Shown piece by piece: positions 18,971 through 35,548 of a stretch of DNA of 64,000 bases; position 1 is the first letter of the stretch, and each line of letters begins with the position of its first letter. Under the pieces are notes generated by a model. That model worked only from the letters and a program-made list of their open reading frames with translations, searched no databases and had not been told where the DNA came from. Where the stretch lies: NCBI GenBank assembly GCA_018240635.1, contig JAFEFJ010000002.1:1251-65250 (forward strand), in the 5' to 3' direction. The position numbers and the translations under genes are program-made. The stretch comes from Pseudomonadota bacterium (lineage in GTDB: Bacteria; Pseudomonadota; Alphaproteobacteria; Acetobacterales; Acetobacteraceae).

Positions 18971-20019
18971 GCGGGCGCCATCCGGATTTGCTGCGGCAGC
19001 GGCGCGCGGTTGGGGCGCAGCATGAACAGCCGCAGGAACGTCCCCGCCGCGGCGGCTTGCAGCCCCAGGCGGCGCAGCTTTGTCATCACGCCGCCCTTGG
19101 GCAGCGCGCCCATCTTCACCGTGATCCCGCGCAGCCGCTCAAGCCCCGCATGGAAGGCCGGATGGTCGAGGTCCAGCGTGACCGGGAAGACCTGCTTGCT
19201 GATCTCCTGCGTGATGCGGAAGACCTGGAAGTCGTAGTCCGTCGGGTCCACGCCGAGCGCCTCGTGGAACGCCGGCCGGGCGTGGTCGCGCACATACATC
19301 GTCGCGAAGACCGCGAGCAGGAAGAACCGGATCCACAGCTTGTTGACGCCGGTCAGGAGTTCGGGGTTGGCGCGCATGATGAGCGCGAATGCCTCGCCGT
19401 GCCGGAACTCGTCGTTGCACCACTCCCGGAACCACTTGAAGATCGGATGGAAGCGCCGGTCCGGGTGACGCTCCAGCGCGCGATAGATGCTGATGTAGCG
19501 GGCGTAGCCGATCTTCTCCGAAAGATACGTCGCGTAGAAGATGAACTTCGGCTGGAAGTATTTGTACTTTTTCGCCCGCGCCAGGAACCCCAGGTCAACG
19601 CCGACTCCGAACCCCTTGAGGGTATCGTTGATGAAGCCGGCGTGACGCGCCTCGTCCCGGCTCATGTAGGCGAAAAGCTGCTTCATGTCGGGGTTCTTGA
19701 TGCGCTTGCGGATTTCCGCATACAGCACGCAGCCGGAGAATTCGGCGGTCACCGAGCTGATGAGGAATTCCAGGAACTCCTCCCGCAGCTCGGGCGGCAG
19801 GGCATCCAGGTCCACGTCGAACTCGTCGGTACGGACGAAATGGCCCTTGTTCGCGTCGCGCGCGAACTCCTCCATCAGCTCGTCCCACTGTGCCCGGACC
19901 GGGGTCACGTCCAGCCTGTCCATCGCTGCGAAGTCAGTGGTGTAGAACCGCGGCGTCAGCACCGTGTCCTGCCGCGCCATCTCCGTCGCGGCATTTGGCG
20001 TCGGTTTGAAATTTGTCAT
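18964..20019 (-). CDS. acsF: Mg-protoporphyrin IX monomethyl ester oxidative (aerobic) cyclase
   Basis: From ATG 20019: [30 protein letters not shown]...[14 protein letters not shown]...DEARHAGF...EFRHGEAF..., the di-iron ExxH motifs of AcsF. Confidence 0.95.
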   Translation of the reverse strand: MTNFKPTPNAATEMARQDTVLTPRFYTTDFAAMDRLDVTPVRAQWDELMEEFARDANKGHFVRTDEFDVDLDALPPELREEFLEFLISSVTAEFSGCVLYAEIRKRIKNPDMKQLFAYMSRDEARHAGFINDTLKGFGVGVDLGFLARAKKYKYFQPKFIFYATYLSEKIGYARYISIYRALERHPDRRFHPIFKWFREWCNDEFRHGEAFALIMRANPELLTGVNKLWIRFFLLAVFATMYVRDHARPAFHEALGVDPTDYDFQVFRITQEISKQVFPVTLDLDHPAFHAGLERLRGITVKMGALPKGGVMTKLRRLGLQAAAAGTFLRLFMLRPNRAPLPQQIRMAPAW

Positions 20020-20309
20020 GGGTGCTGCTCCTTCGCGTCGAATCCCACCTCGTAGAGCTGGGTGAGCTCCAGCAGGCCGCTCCATTCCGCCCAGAGCCGT
20101 TCCGGCCAGCTGGCCCGGATGACCGTGGCCCGGGCTGCAACCGTGATCCTGCCGTCGCGCGGGATTGAGTCCGGTACCCCCTGCACGATCACCGTGTCGC
20201 CGGGCCGGATCTCCACGTCCTCGGGGATGGCATGCGCGTGCAGGCTTTCCGGCGTCTGCTCGATCTCGATCGTGCAGGGAACGTCGATGGTGCGAAGGCG
20301 CCTCATCAT
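20016..20309 (-). CDS. bciE: Conserved 97-aa protein immediately upstream of acsF (candidate cyclase auxiliary subunit BciE)
   Basis: [68 protein letters not shown]... ATGA overlaps with both the puhC stop and the acsF start. The call rests on position only; homology was not verified. Confidence 0.5.
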   Translation of the reverse strand: MMRRLRTIDVPCTIEIEQTPESLHAHAIPEDVEIRPGDTVIVQGVPDSIPRDGRITVAARATVIRASWPERLWAEWSGLLELTQLYEVGFDAKEQHP

Positions 20310-20749
20310 CGTGGCTCTCCCGCGGTCAGCAGTTGCGCGAAGGGTCGCTCGTTGTCGATCCCGAAGGCCTCCAGCTCGGCGTGCCGGCCGGTGACCGGGT
20401 CGGCCAGCGTCAGCCGCCCGTCCGCCCAGCGCGTCAGACGGAACGGCGCGGCGGGTCCCCCGTCGTCGCGCCGGCGCTCGCGTGCGAAGCCGCGCAGCGT
20501 CGCGCGGACGAAGCCGTTCGTGCCAGGGGCGAAGACGGCGATCTTGCGCTTCGTGGAGGCGTCGATCACCGCAACGCCGCCATCCGGCTGGTCCTCGAAC
20601 CGCAGCATGCGCTCGGCCACCGGGCGCGTCTGCGGCACCAGGCGCTCGACCGGCGCGAAGGCCGCGGCCGCGATCGTCAACGCGATCAGCGCTCCCGCGC
20701 CGAACAGCGGGAAGCGGGGGAATGAATCCGCCTGCCGCGCCGCGCTCAT
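20306..20749 (-). CDS. puhC: Photosynthetic complex assembly protein PuhC
   Basis: From ATG 20749: [34 protein letters not shown]... Single N-terminal TM helix plus a periplasmic domain. Synteny puhA-B-C. Confidence 0.8.
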   Translation of the reverse strand: MSAARQADSFPRFPLFGAGALIALTIAAAAFAPVERLVPQTRPVAERMLRFEDQPDGGVAVIDASTKRKIAVFAPGTNGFVRATLRGFARERRRDDGGPAAPFRLTRWADGRLTLADPVTGRHAELEAFGIDNERPFAQLLTAGEPR

Positions 20750-21399
20750 GCTGCTGCCACCGCCGTGTCCGGGGCGTCCTCGTGGCCGCGCACGATCCTG
20801 ATCTGCGACAGCGGCGCGGGCTGGTCGGCCTGAAGCGCCAGGGCGCGGCCCAGCACCAGCGCGGCCTGGTCCACGTCGGGCACCGAGCGCAGGGCAGGGC
20901 CCGTCCGCCCGCGCGCGGTGCGCACATGCGGCCAGAACATCAGGTAGCTGACGCGGGCGGTCGGCGACAGGGTCAGCCGGATATCGCCGGCATGCGCGTC
21001 GAAGCGCCGCACATCGGCCTGCTCCACCTGAGCGAAGGGAATGTTGACCGTCTTCGGCAACGCCATCCCGAACCTGAGCACCACGCGGCGGTTGGTGATC
21101 GTGTAGAGCGTCGTGCGGGCGATCAGCCAGGCGAAGCCGCACAGGATCGCCGCCGCCAGAAAGCCGGGGATCGCGATCCACAGCACCGCCTTGGCGGCGG
21201 AGGCGACGGGCTCCGCGGTCATCGCCGCCGAGACGACACGGGCGACTGCGAATACGCCGAACCATAGGCCGACGGCGCCCAGATGCAACGCCGAGCGCAC
21301 TAGGCGCCGCCAGTCCGGGGCGCCCTGCCACAGGATCGTCTCGCCGTGCGGCAGGGCCTCGGGCAGTCCCCGGACCGGCTCGTTGTCGTGCTCTCTCAC
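20746..21399 (-). CDS. puhB: Photosynthetic complex assembly protein PuhB
   Basis: From GTG 21399 (GTGA overlap with the puhA stop): VREHDNEPVRGLPEALPHGETILWQGAPDWRRL... Two TM helices and a bPH-like C-terminal region. Synteny. Confidence 0.8.
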   Translation of the reverse strand: MREHDNEPVRGLPEALPHGETILWQGAPDWRRLVRSALHLGAVGLWFGVFAVARVVSAAMTAEPVASAAKAVLWIAIPGFLAAAILCGFAWLIARTTLYTITNRRVVLRFGMALPKTVNIPFAQVEQADVRRFDAHAGDIRLTLSPTARVSYLMFWPHVRTARGRTGPALRSVPDVDQAALVLGRALALQADQPAPLSQIRIVRGHEDAPDTAVAAA

Positions 21400-22169
21400 A
21401 GCACCGGACCGAGCCGCGCGGGAGTCGCGTACATGTGCCCGCTGGCGAAGTAGGCGGAGATCCGGTCCTCCTCCAGCAGCGTGATCGACTCCGGGTTCTT
21501 GATCGCCGGGGCGTCGGCGAACTGCGCCGCCGTCACCGACTTCACCGAAAGCTGCCTGCGGTCGCCCAGCACCCGCACCAGCGTCATCGGAACCAGCACC
21601 GTGCGCGCCTGGTTCGCGAGCGCGATCTCGACGTAGCGGACCACGACCTCGGAACGATCGATCCACAGATCGGTCACGGTTCCCGCCACCGCCTTGTCGG
21701 CGCCGATCACCGCGAAGCCGCGCGGGTCGGGGTCCTCGGCGGCCAGGAAGTAGCGCGGATCGGCCCGCAGCGGCACGATCATCGGCACGCCCTCGGACGA
21801 CGTCAGCTCCGCATGGTCGGCGCGGTTCGCATAGGCGGCGGGGCCGACGCCGTCGGTCATCGGGTTGCCGGTCGGCTGCAGCGGGGCGCCCGGCCAGGGG
21901 CCGACCGGCACCGCCGCGATCGGGCCCTGCGGCGCCTCGACCCGCGGCGCCATGACGGACGAGCCGTCCGCGAGCAGGAAGGTCTTCGGGCTCGGCATGG
22001 CCGGGAAGCCCTGCACCACCACGCCGCCGCCCCGGTCGGAGTCGAGCGGATAGCCCTCCCGCTTGTCCTCGCGGCGCAGATAGAAGATCAGCCCCGCGAA
22101 GAAGAGCCAGAACGCGTACAGCGTCAGCTGTGCGACGTCGATGTAGCCTGTTATGGCGCCAGCCGGCAT
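21396..22169 (-). CDS. puhA: Photosynthetic reaction centre H subunit
   Basis: From ATG 22169 (GAGGTGA SD): MPAGAITGYIDVAQLTLYAFWLFFAGLIFYLRREDKREGYPL..., canonical RC-H N-terminal TM helix and PRC-barrel C-terminus. Confidence 0.95.
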   Translation of the reverse strand: MPAGAITGYIDVAQLTLYAFWLFFAGLIFYLRREDKREGYPLDSDRGGGVVVQGFPAMPSPKTFLLADGSSVMAPRVEAPQGPIAAVPVGPWPGAPLQPTGNPMTDGVGPAAYANRADHAELTSSEGVPMIVPLRADPRYFLAAEDPDPRGFAVIGADKAVAGTVTDLWIDRSEVVVRYVEIALANQARTVLVPMTLVRVLGDRRQLSVKSVTAAQFADAPAIKNPESITLLEEDRISAYFASGHMYATPARLGPVL

Positions 22170-22173
22170 AGCA

Positions 22174-23595
22174 TCACCTCGGCAGGATGAGAGACGGGGA
22201 AAGCGTGAGGCCGGCGGCCTCGCGCATGCGGATAAGCGGTCCGATCGCAACGAGCGTTGCGAACAGCAGCAGGACTTCGGTCAGATAGACGAAGCCGTAG
22301 CCGGTGGCGGGAACGGCCAGCGCCTCGCCCAGGAAGCCACGCGCCGCCAGCTCGCTCACGCCGTCGTGCAGCAGGCCGCCGAGCGCGATGGCCGCGCCCG
22401 CGGCGAAGGCCTGCGCGGCGCCCCAGGCGCCCAGCACCAACCCGTTCTGCCCGCCGCGTCCGGCATTCATCGATGCGGTCAGCGTGCCCACGGCGAACAG
22501 CGCGCTGCTGAAGCCGATCAGGGCGACGCCGGCGGCGAACAGCAGCGCGGAGTGGAACGGTGCGGCGAAGATTACGGCGACGAAGGCGCCGATGCCGGTC
22601 AGCGCGCCCGCCGCGGCAAGCCGGTACGGGTCGATGCGCCGCCCAAGCGCCTTGGCGCCCGCGACGAAGCCCACGAAGCCGCCGCAGGCCAGCATCGCGG
22701 TCAGCGTCGTCGTCGCGCTCACCGGCAGATGAAGGATCTGGCCACCATACGGCTCCAGGATGATGTCCTGCATGCTGAACGCGACGCTGCCCAGCCCGAC
22801 GGCGACGAGCTGCCGCACCGATCCGCTGGAGGCGACGAAGGCACGCCACGCCGCGCCGAAGCCGGGACGCTCCTCTTCGGAGGTTTGCACCGCGTTGCGC
22901 GGCTCCTGCTTCCACAGCGCGATCGCATTCAGCACCATGGTCGTGAGGGCCGCCGCCTGGATCACCTGGATCAGCCGGATTTCGCTGAACGGGCGCAGCA
23001 GCAGGCCGAAGATCACCGCGCTGACCGCCATGCCCACCAGCAGCATCGTGCACAGGAGCGCAACGACCCGCGGCTGCGCGTGCGGGGGCGCCAAGTCGGT
23101 CGCGAGAGCGAGGCCGATGGTCTGCGTCGTGTGCAGCCCCGCGCCCACCAGCAGGAACGCAAGCGCCGCGCCGACCTGGCCGATGATGATGGGGCCGTGC
23201 GTGTCGCCGGAGAGCACGATCAGCGCGAACGGCATGATCGCGAGCCCGCCGAACTGCAGCAGCGTGCCCATCCAGATGTAGGGAACCCGCCGCCAGCCCA
23301 GCACCGAGCGGTGATGGTCGGAACGGAACCCGACCACGGCGCGGAAGGGCGCGAAAATCAGCGGCAGCGCGACCATCACCGCGACGAGCCAGGCCGGCAC
23401 GCCCAGCTCGACGATCATCACGCGGTTCAGCGTTCCGATCAGCAGCACCACGGCCATGCCGACCGTCACCTGGAACAGCGACAGGCGCAGCAGGCGGGAC
23501 AGGGGCAGTTCCGTCGTCGCGGCATCCGCGAACGGCAGGAAGCGCGTGCCTATCCGCGTCCAGCTCAGCGCAAGCCTGTCGCGCTGTGCTTTCAT
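22174..23595 (-). CDS. lhaA: LH1 assembly protein LhaA (PucC/BCD MFS family)
   Basis: From ATG 23595: MKAQRDRLALSWTRIGTRFLPFADAATTELPLSRLLRLSLFQVTVGMA..., 12-TM PucC-family protein. Its position between bchM and puhA defines lhaA. Confidence 0.85.
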   Translation of the reverse strand: MKAQRDRLALSWTRIGTRFLPFADAATTELPLSRLLRLSLFQVTVGMAVVLLIGTLNRVMIVELGVPAWLVAVMVALPLIFAPFRAVVGFRSDHHRSVLGWRRVPYIWMGTLLQFGGLAIMPFALIVLSGDTHGPIIIGQVGAALAFLLVGAGLHTTQTIGLALATDLAPPHAQPRVVALLCTMLLVGMAVSAVIFGLLLRPFSEIRLIQVIQAAALTTMVLNAIALWKQEPRNAVQTSEEERPGFGAAWRAFVASSGSVRQLVAVGLGSVAFSMQDIILEPYGGQILHLPVSATTTLTAMLACGGFVGFVAGAKALGRRIDPYRLAAAGALTGIGAFVAVIFAAPFHSALLFAAGVALIGFSSALFAVGTLTASMNAGRGGQNGLVLGAWGAAQAFAAGAAIALGGLLHDGVSELAARGFLGEALAVPATGYGFVYLTEVLLLFATLVAIGPLIRMREAAGLTLSPSLILPR

Positions 23596-24271
23596 CCGCG
23601 TACCAGCTCGAACGCCTGGGAGATGTAGAAGCCGTTCGCGATGCGATGGCTGCGGCCCGGCGCCCAGCCGTCCATCGCCAGCAGGCGCGGCATGCGCTCG
23701 GCCCGGATCGGCTCGATCGCCGGCGCCCGGTCGGATCGCGGGAACAGCCGCCCGGCCATGTGCATCATCGCCAGCAGCGTCGTGCGCGGCGCGAAGGTCA
23801 TCAGGATCGAGGCGCGCGTCCGCGCCGCGAGCATTCCCACCACGCGCGCCATGTCGGGCTCGCGGTAGTGGATCAGCGAATCCATCGCCACGATGTGGTC
23901 GAATTCGCCAAGGCCGCTGTCCAGCATGTCGCCCGATAGGAACGTCACGCCCGGCTCGCCCGCCGCGCGTTCGCGCGCGAGTTCCACCAATGTCGGCGAC
24001 AGGTCGATGGCCACGACCTCCGCGCCGCGCCGCGCCGCGGCCACCGCAAGTGCGCCGGTGCCGCAGCCGGCATCCAGGATGCGCCGTCCGGTCAGGTCGG
24101 CCGGCAGCCAGTCCAGCAGCGTCGCGCGCATCCCGTCCCGCCCCGCACGGACGGTCGCGCGGATGCGCCCGAGCGGCGCGTCCGAGGTCAGGCGCGCCCA
24201 AGCCGACAGCGCCGTGCGGTCGAAATAGGTTTCAAGCTGCCCGCGGCGCTCGATGTAGGTCAGCGTCGGCA

Positions 24272-24272
<1 letters not shown>
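23592..24272 (-). CDS. bchM: Mg-protoporphyrin IX methyltransferase
   Basis: MPTLTYIERRGQLETYFDRTALSAWARLTSDAPLGRIRATVRAGRD...ILDAGCGTGALAV..., BchM/ChlM signature. The ATG overlaps the bchL stop by 1 nt. Confidence 0.95.
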
Positions 24273-28696
<4,424 letters not shown>

Positions 28697-28722
<26 letters not shown>

Positions 28723-30217
28723 CGTACAGCGTCTCGATGGTGATTTGCGCCACGCCGCGATCGGCGGCGAAACGTTCGGTGTTCCTGCGCGCTTTGCCGC
28801 GAACGAAGAAGGGAATGCGCGCCAGTTCCTGCTCCGCTTCCGGCGACCAGCTCTGCCCGGCGTTTGCTGGCAAAACCACTGGCGGCGCGTCCGCGTGCGC
28901 GGCGCCCAGATGCGACGGGGCCGCGCCCTCGTGGAACTCGAAGTCGCCGCGGAACATGGAGAGAAGGTGCTCCTCCAGCCCCATCATCAGCGGGTGGATC
29001 CAGGTGTCGAAGAGCACGTTGGCGCCCTCGAACCCCATCTGCGGCGAATAGCGGGCAGGGAAGTCCTGCACATGCATTGGCGCGGAGATCACCGCGCAGG
29101 GCACGCCGAGTCGCTTGGCGACATGCCGCTCCATCTGCGTGCCCAGCACGAGGTCGGGATGCGCTTCCGCGATCGCGGCTTCCACCGCCAGGTAGTCGTC
29201 GGTGATCAGCGGCTCCACGCCATGCTCCGCGGCGGCGGCGCGCAGTTCGCGGGCGAATTCGCGGCTGTAGGTGCCAAGCCCGGCGATATCGAAGCCCAGC
29301 TCCTCGCGCGCGATGCGCGCTGCGGCGATGGCATGGGTCGCGTCGCCGAAGATGAAGACGCGCTTGCCTGTCAGATACGTCGAGTCGACCGACCGCGAAT
29401 ACCAGGGCAGCCGAGCCGCTTGGCCGTTCAGCACCGGCGCCGGATCGACGCCGGCGAGTGCCGCCACCTCGGCCACGAAGTCGCGGGTCGCGCCGATGCC
29501 CAGGGGCGCGGTCTTGGTCGCGGGCTGGCCGAATGTGCGCGTCAGCCAAGTCGCCGCGGTTCCCGCGATCTCGGGATACAGGACGACGTTGAAATCGGCC
29601 TCGCCGATGCGGGCGAGATCGGCGGGGCTCGCACCCAGCGGGGCCACGACGCCGATATCGATGCCCAGGCGCTCGATCAGGCGCCTGATCTCCACGACAT
29701 CGTCGCGGTGATGAAAGCCGAGAGCCGTGGGGCCGAGAATGTTGCAGACAGGGCGGCCACCCTTCTCTCGCGTTCGCGGCTGCGCGAGCGCACGCACCAA
29801 GCGATAGAAGGTCTCCGCCGCGCCCCAGTTCTCCTTGCGCTGATAGGACGGAAGCTCCAGCGGAACCACCGGCACCGGCAGGTCGAGCGCGCGGGCAAGG
29901 CCGCCGGGGTCGTCCTGCAGCAGTTCCGCGGTGCAGGACGCGCCGACCAGGATAGCCTGCGGGTCGAACCGCTCGTAGGCCTGCCGCAGCGCGTTCTGGA
30001 ACAGGCCTGCAGTGTCGCCGCCGAGATCGCGCGCCTGGAACGTCGTGTAGGTGACCGGCGGGCGGCGATCGCGCCGCTCGATCATGGTGAACAGCAGATC
30101 CGCGTAGGTGTCGCCCTGCGGGGCGTGCAGCACGTAGTGCACGCCAATCATCGCGGTGGCGATGCGCATCGCGCCGACATGCGGTGGCCCCTCGTAGGTC
30201 CACATCGCGAGCTGCAC
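28697..30217 (-). CDS. bchB: Light-independent protochlorophyllide reductase subunit B
   Basis: GTG start: (M)[47 protein letters not shown]..., BchB signature. The 3' end overlaps the bchH start by 26 nt. Confidence 0.95.
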
Positions 30218-30218
30218 G

Positions 30219-32068
<1,850 letters not shown>

Positions 32069-32240
32069 TGCTTGACAAGACCGTTGTTGGCTTGTCCGCT
32101 AGCCGAAGCCGGGACGCCGTTTTCGTGAAGTTCTCGGCCAAGAAACTGGCCTGCCGGCGCGAGCCAATCGTCTGGTGGTAGTCCACCTTGCCCTCCCCGT
32201 GCACGATGTCCGCATGTGAAGGCTAGAGCGGCCTCCTCCA

Positions 32241-32280
32241 GACTGTCAAGCGATCGCGACGTAAATCGAAATTGACAGTC
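32241..32280. promoter_or_regulatory. Long-spaced inverted repeat GACTGTCAA-N22-TTGACAGTC upstream of ppaA
   Basis: 9-bp perfect arms at 32241-32249 and 32272-32280 carry PpsR-like TGTCA/TGACA half-sites, with an internal GCGATCGC palindrome. It sits 43 nt upstream of the ppaA ATG. Confidence 0.35.
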
Positions 32281-32322
32281 GCTTCCGGCGGATCGAAGCT
32301 GTGGTGGAAGAGGAAACGGTTG

Positions 32323-33195
32323 ATGCGCGCTGACAGAGACAAGGCATTGGCAGGACTTCCGGACGATATCGCGGCCTCGGTTATCGCCGGGGCCCTTCCG
32401 GGCGGCTGGGATGGGAAGCTAGAGGCGGCGGAACGCGACCACGCGGTCGCGGAGCTCTCGGCGACGCTTCATCTGGACGTTCTGCGCCGCTTGACCCACC
32501 TGCCGGTGCCGGCGGATGCCGTTGTGCCTACGGCGGATCAGGTCGACTCCCTCGCGCGCCTCACCCTCGGCCAGGACGACGCGGCCTGCCAGCGCTATGT
32601 AGAGGCGTTGCGGCTGAACGGCGTCGGGATCGATGCCGTCTATCTTCAGCTCATTACGCCCGCCGCCCGTCTCCTGGGACAGATGTGGGCCGACGATCTT
32701 TGCACCTTCATCGACGTCACGATCGGCATCGCGCGGCTGCAGCAGATCGTGCGCACGCTCGGGCCGGCGTTCCTCGGCGATGGCGGCCGGGCTGCGCACG
32801 ACCGGCGCGCCGTGCTGATGTCCGTCCCCGGCGAGCAGCATACCTTCGGCCTGCTGATGGCGGCAGAATTCCTGCGCCGCGCCGGGTGGGTTCTGGATTG
32901 CGCGACCCCCGCGAATAACGCCGGCGCCGCGACGATCGTCCGCAGCGGGTGGTTCTGCTTCGTCGGATTCTCGCTCAGCACCGAAGGGCGCATCGGCGCG
33001 CTGTCGGCCTGCATCAGGGGCATCCGGAAGTCCTCGATGAACCGGAAGATCGGCGTTCTCGTGGGCGGTAACGTTTTTCTCGAACATCCGGACCTCGTCC
33101 GCCGAGTCGGCGCGGATGCGATGGCCGAAGATGGGCTACGTGCTGTTGTTGCGGCGCAGCATTTTCTGCAACTGGGAGCAGACGCTCGGGTCTGA
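32323..33195 (+). CDS. ppaA: Cobalamin-binding photosynthesis regulator PpaA/AerR (PpsR antirepressor family)
   Basis: From ATG 32323 (GGAAGAGGAAA SD): MRADRDKALAGL... C-terminal B12-binding-domain motifs (VPGEQHTFGLLMAAEFLRRAGW ... VGFSLS ... VLVGGN). Immediately upstream of ppsR. Confidence 0.85.
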   Translation: MRADRDKALAGLPDDIAASVIAGALPGGWDGKLEAAERDHAVAELSATLHLDVLRRLTHLPVPADAVVPTADQVDSLARLTLGQDDAACQRYVEALRLNGVGIDAVYLQLITPAARLLGQMWADDLCTFIDVTIGIARLQQIVRTLGPAFLGDGGRAAHDRRAVLMSVPGEQHTFGLLMAAEFLRRAGWVLDCATPANNAGAATIVRSGWFCFVGFSLSTEGRIGALSACIRGIRKSSMNRKIGVLVGGNVFLEHPDLVRRVGADAMAEDGLRAVVAAQHFLQLGADARV

Positions 33196-33203
33196 TACCT
33201 CTC

Positions 33204-34640
33204 ATGGAGGCGCTGGGTCGTTTGAAGCCGTTCAGAGCCCCGCAGAACTCGATCGGCGAACTCGATCCCGAGATCGTCGCCCTTCTGCTCATGTCCGCCG
33301 CCGATATCGCGCTGATCCTGGACGATGCCGGGAAGATCCGGGACATCGCGATCCGCAGCGAGAGCCTGGCGGATGCGCTTGCGGGCTACGAAGCCTGGGT
33401 CGGGAAGGAGTGGGCGTCGATCGTCGCGCCCGACAGCACGGGGAAGGTGGCGCGCCTGCTGCGGGAAGCCGGCCCGCGGCGCGGCCCGGGCTGGCGGCAT
33501 ATCAACCACCTCACGGCGGCGGGCGTTTCCATCCCGGTTCTCTACACGGCCGTTCCGATCCCCTCGCGTGGCCATGTCGTGGCGTTCGGGCGCGACCTGC
33601 GGGTCCAATGGGAACTGCAGCAGCGCCTGCTTGCCGCGCAACATTCGCTTGAACGCGATTATTCGCGCCTGCGGCTGCTCGAAACCCGATTCCGCATGCT
33701 GTTCGAGCTGTCGGGCGAAGCGGTCATCATCCTTGATGGCCAGACCCAGCGCGTCGCCGAGGCCAACGCCGCCGCGCGCGGTCTGCTGGCGCGCGACACC
33801 AAGCGACTCGCCGGCCGCCCGGTCGCGGAGCTGTTCGCCGAGGAAAGCATGCAGACGCTCAGCCAGCTTCTGGCCAGCGTCGCGGCGACCGGGCGCGCCG
33901 ACGATCTGCGCGCCAAGCTCGCCCACGACCGGCGGGAAGTGGTGATCGCGGCGTCGAGCCTGCGCCAGGACGGCAGCCCGCTGTTCCTGCTCCGCCTGCT
34001 GGAGCCGCATGCGCCCGGAGTCGAGGGCCTGCCGAAGCTGAAGGCGAAGCTCCTGAAGATCGTCGAAAGCGCGCCGGATGCGGTCGTCGTCACCGGCTCG
34101 GACGGACAGATTCTCACCGCCAATGCTGCGTTCCTCGATCTCGTCCACATGCCGAGCGAGCAGCAGGTGCATGGCGAATCGCTCGACCGCTGGCTCGGCC
34201 GGCCGGGAGTGGATCTCGGCGTCATGCTGGCGGGGCTGCGCGAACATGGCTTCGTGCGCATGTTCGCGACCAGGATCTGCGACGAATACGGCGTCGGCGC
34301 CGATGTCGAGATTTCGGCCGTCGCGGCGATGAACGGCAGCGGACCGTGCTACGGCTTCCTGATCCGGTCCATCGGCCAGCGTCCCAACGCGGCCTCTCCC
34401 GTCACCGGGGCCCTGCCGCGGGCGGTGGAGCAGCTCACGGAACTGGTCGGCCGGCGGTCGCTGAAGGATCTCGTCCGCGAATCGACCGATCTGATCGAGC
34501 GGCTGTGCATCGAGACCGCGCTCGAGATCACGGGCGACAACAGGGCGTCGGCCGCCGAGATGCTCGGGCTGTCGCGCCAGAGCCTTTACACCAAGCTGCG
34601 CCGGTACGGGCTCGGCGACACCGCGGTCGAGGCGACATGA
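33204..34640 (+). CDS. ppsR: Transcriptional repressor of photosynthesis genes PpsR/CrtJ
   Basis: 478 aa with PAS-type repeats and a C-terminal Fis-type HTH (DNRASAAEMLGLSRQSLYTKLRRYGL). Synteny ppaA-ppsR-bchG. Confidence 0.9.
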   Translation: MEALGRLKPFRAPQNSIGELDPEIVALLLMSAADIALILDDAGKIRDIAIRSESLADALAGYEAWVGKEWASIVAPDSTGKVARLLREAGPRRGPGWRHINHLTAAGVSIPVLYTAVPIPSRGHVVAFGRDLRVQWELQQRLLAAQHSLERDYSRLRLLETRFRMLFELSGEAVIILDGQTQRVAEANAAARGLLARDTKRLAGRPVAELFAEESMQTLSQLLASVAATGRADDLRAKLAHDRREVVIAASSLRQDGSPLFLLRLLEPHAPGVEGLPKLKAKLLKIVESAPDAVVVTGSDGQILTANAAFLDLVHMPSEQQVHGESLDRWLGRPGVDLGVMLAGLREHGFVRMFATRICDEYGVGADVEISAVAAMNGSGPCYGFLIRSIGQRPNAASPVTGALPRAVEQLTELVGRRSLKDLVRESTDLIERLCIETALEITGDNRASAAEMLGLSRQSLYTKLRRYGLGDTAVEAT

Positions 34641-35548
34641 GCGCGACGCGTAGCGAAGCGGCGGTGCGGGCGCGCGGCGTCGCCGCCTATGTCGAACTTC
34701 TCAAGCCGATTACGTGGTTCGCCCCCATGTGGGCCTTCGGATGCGGTGTGGTGTCGGGGGGCGGCGCTTCGCCCTCGGGATGGCTCGGGGTCGCGGCGGG
34801 AATCGCGCTTGCCGGTCCGCTGGTGTGCGGCACCAGCCAGGCCGCCAACGACTGGTTCGACCGCCACGTTGATGCGATCAACGAGCCCGACCGGCCGATT
34901 CCCTCCGGCAGGGTTCCCGGCCGCGGCGGGCTGTATCTGGCGATTGGCTGGACCCTGTTGTCCGCGCTGGTCGCGGCGGCGCTCGGGCCGTTCGTGCTTG
35001 CGGCCTCGGTCATCGGGCTGGCGCTCGCCTGGGCCTACAGCGCGCCGCCCGTCCGGCTGAAGATGAACGGCTGGTGGGGCAACTCCGCCGTCGCCGTCTG
35101 CTACGAGGGGTTGCCGTGGGTGACCGGGGCGGCGGTGGTGCAGGGCTCCCTTCCGTCCGCGCACGTCTTCGCGATCGCCGCGCTCTACAGCATCGGCGCA
35201 CATGGCATCATGACGCTGAACGACTTCAAGTCCGTCCTGGGCGACAGCAGCCAGGGCATCCGGACGCTGCCGGTGCAGCTTGGCGTCGTTCGCGCCGGGC
35301 ATGTCGCCTGCCTGTTCATGTCCATCCCGCAGGTCGTCGTCGTCGCCTTGCTCTTCGCCTGGGGACGCCCGGTGCATGCCGCCGCGGTCGCGGCTTTGCT
35401 CGCCGCGCAGGTCCTGCTGATGGCGCGCCTCCTGAAAAGCCCGCGGGAACGCGCGCCCTGGTACAACGCTACGGGCACCACCCTCTACGTCGCCGGCATG
35501 ATGATAAGCGCCTTCGCGCTGGCGGCATCCTCCATTCACGCTGGATGA
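34637..35548 (+). CDS. bchG: Bacteriochlorophyll a synthase
   Basis: From ATG 34637 (ATGA overlap with the ppsR stop): MSATRSEAAVRARGVAAYVELLKPITWFAPMWAF...NDWFDRHVDAINEPDRPIPSGR..., UbiA prenyltransferase motif. Confidence 0.95.
   Translation: MSATRSEAAVRARGVAAYVELLKPITWFAPMWAFGCGVVSGGGASPSGWLGVAAGIALAGPLVCGTSQAANDWFDRHVDAINEPDRPIPSGRVPGRGGLYLAIGWTLLSALVAAALGPFVLAASVIGLALAWAYSAPPVRLKMNGWWGNSAVAVCYEGLPWVTGAAVVQGSLPSAHVFAIAALYSIGAHGIMTLNDFKSVLGDSSQGIRTLPVQLGVVRAGHVACLFMSIPQVVVVALLFAWGRPVHAAAVAALLAAQVLLMARLLKSPRERAPWYNATGTTLYVAGMMISAFALAASSIHAG

Noticed and set aside
22174-23595. Calling this PucC-family gene pucC (LH2 assembly)
   Set aside because: No pucBA genes are nearby. The position between bchM and puhA is diagnostic for lhaA.
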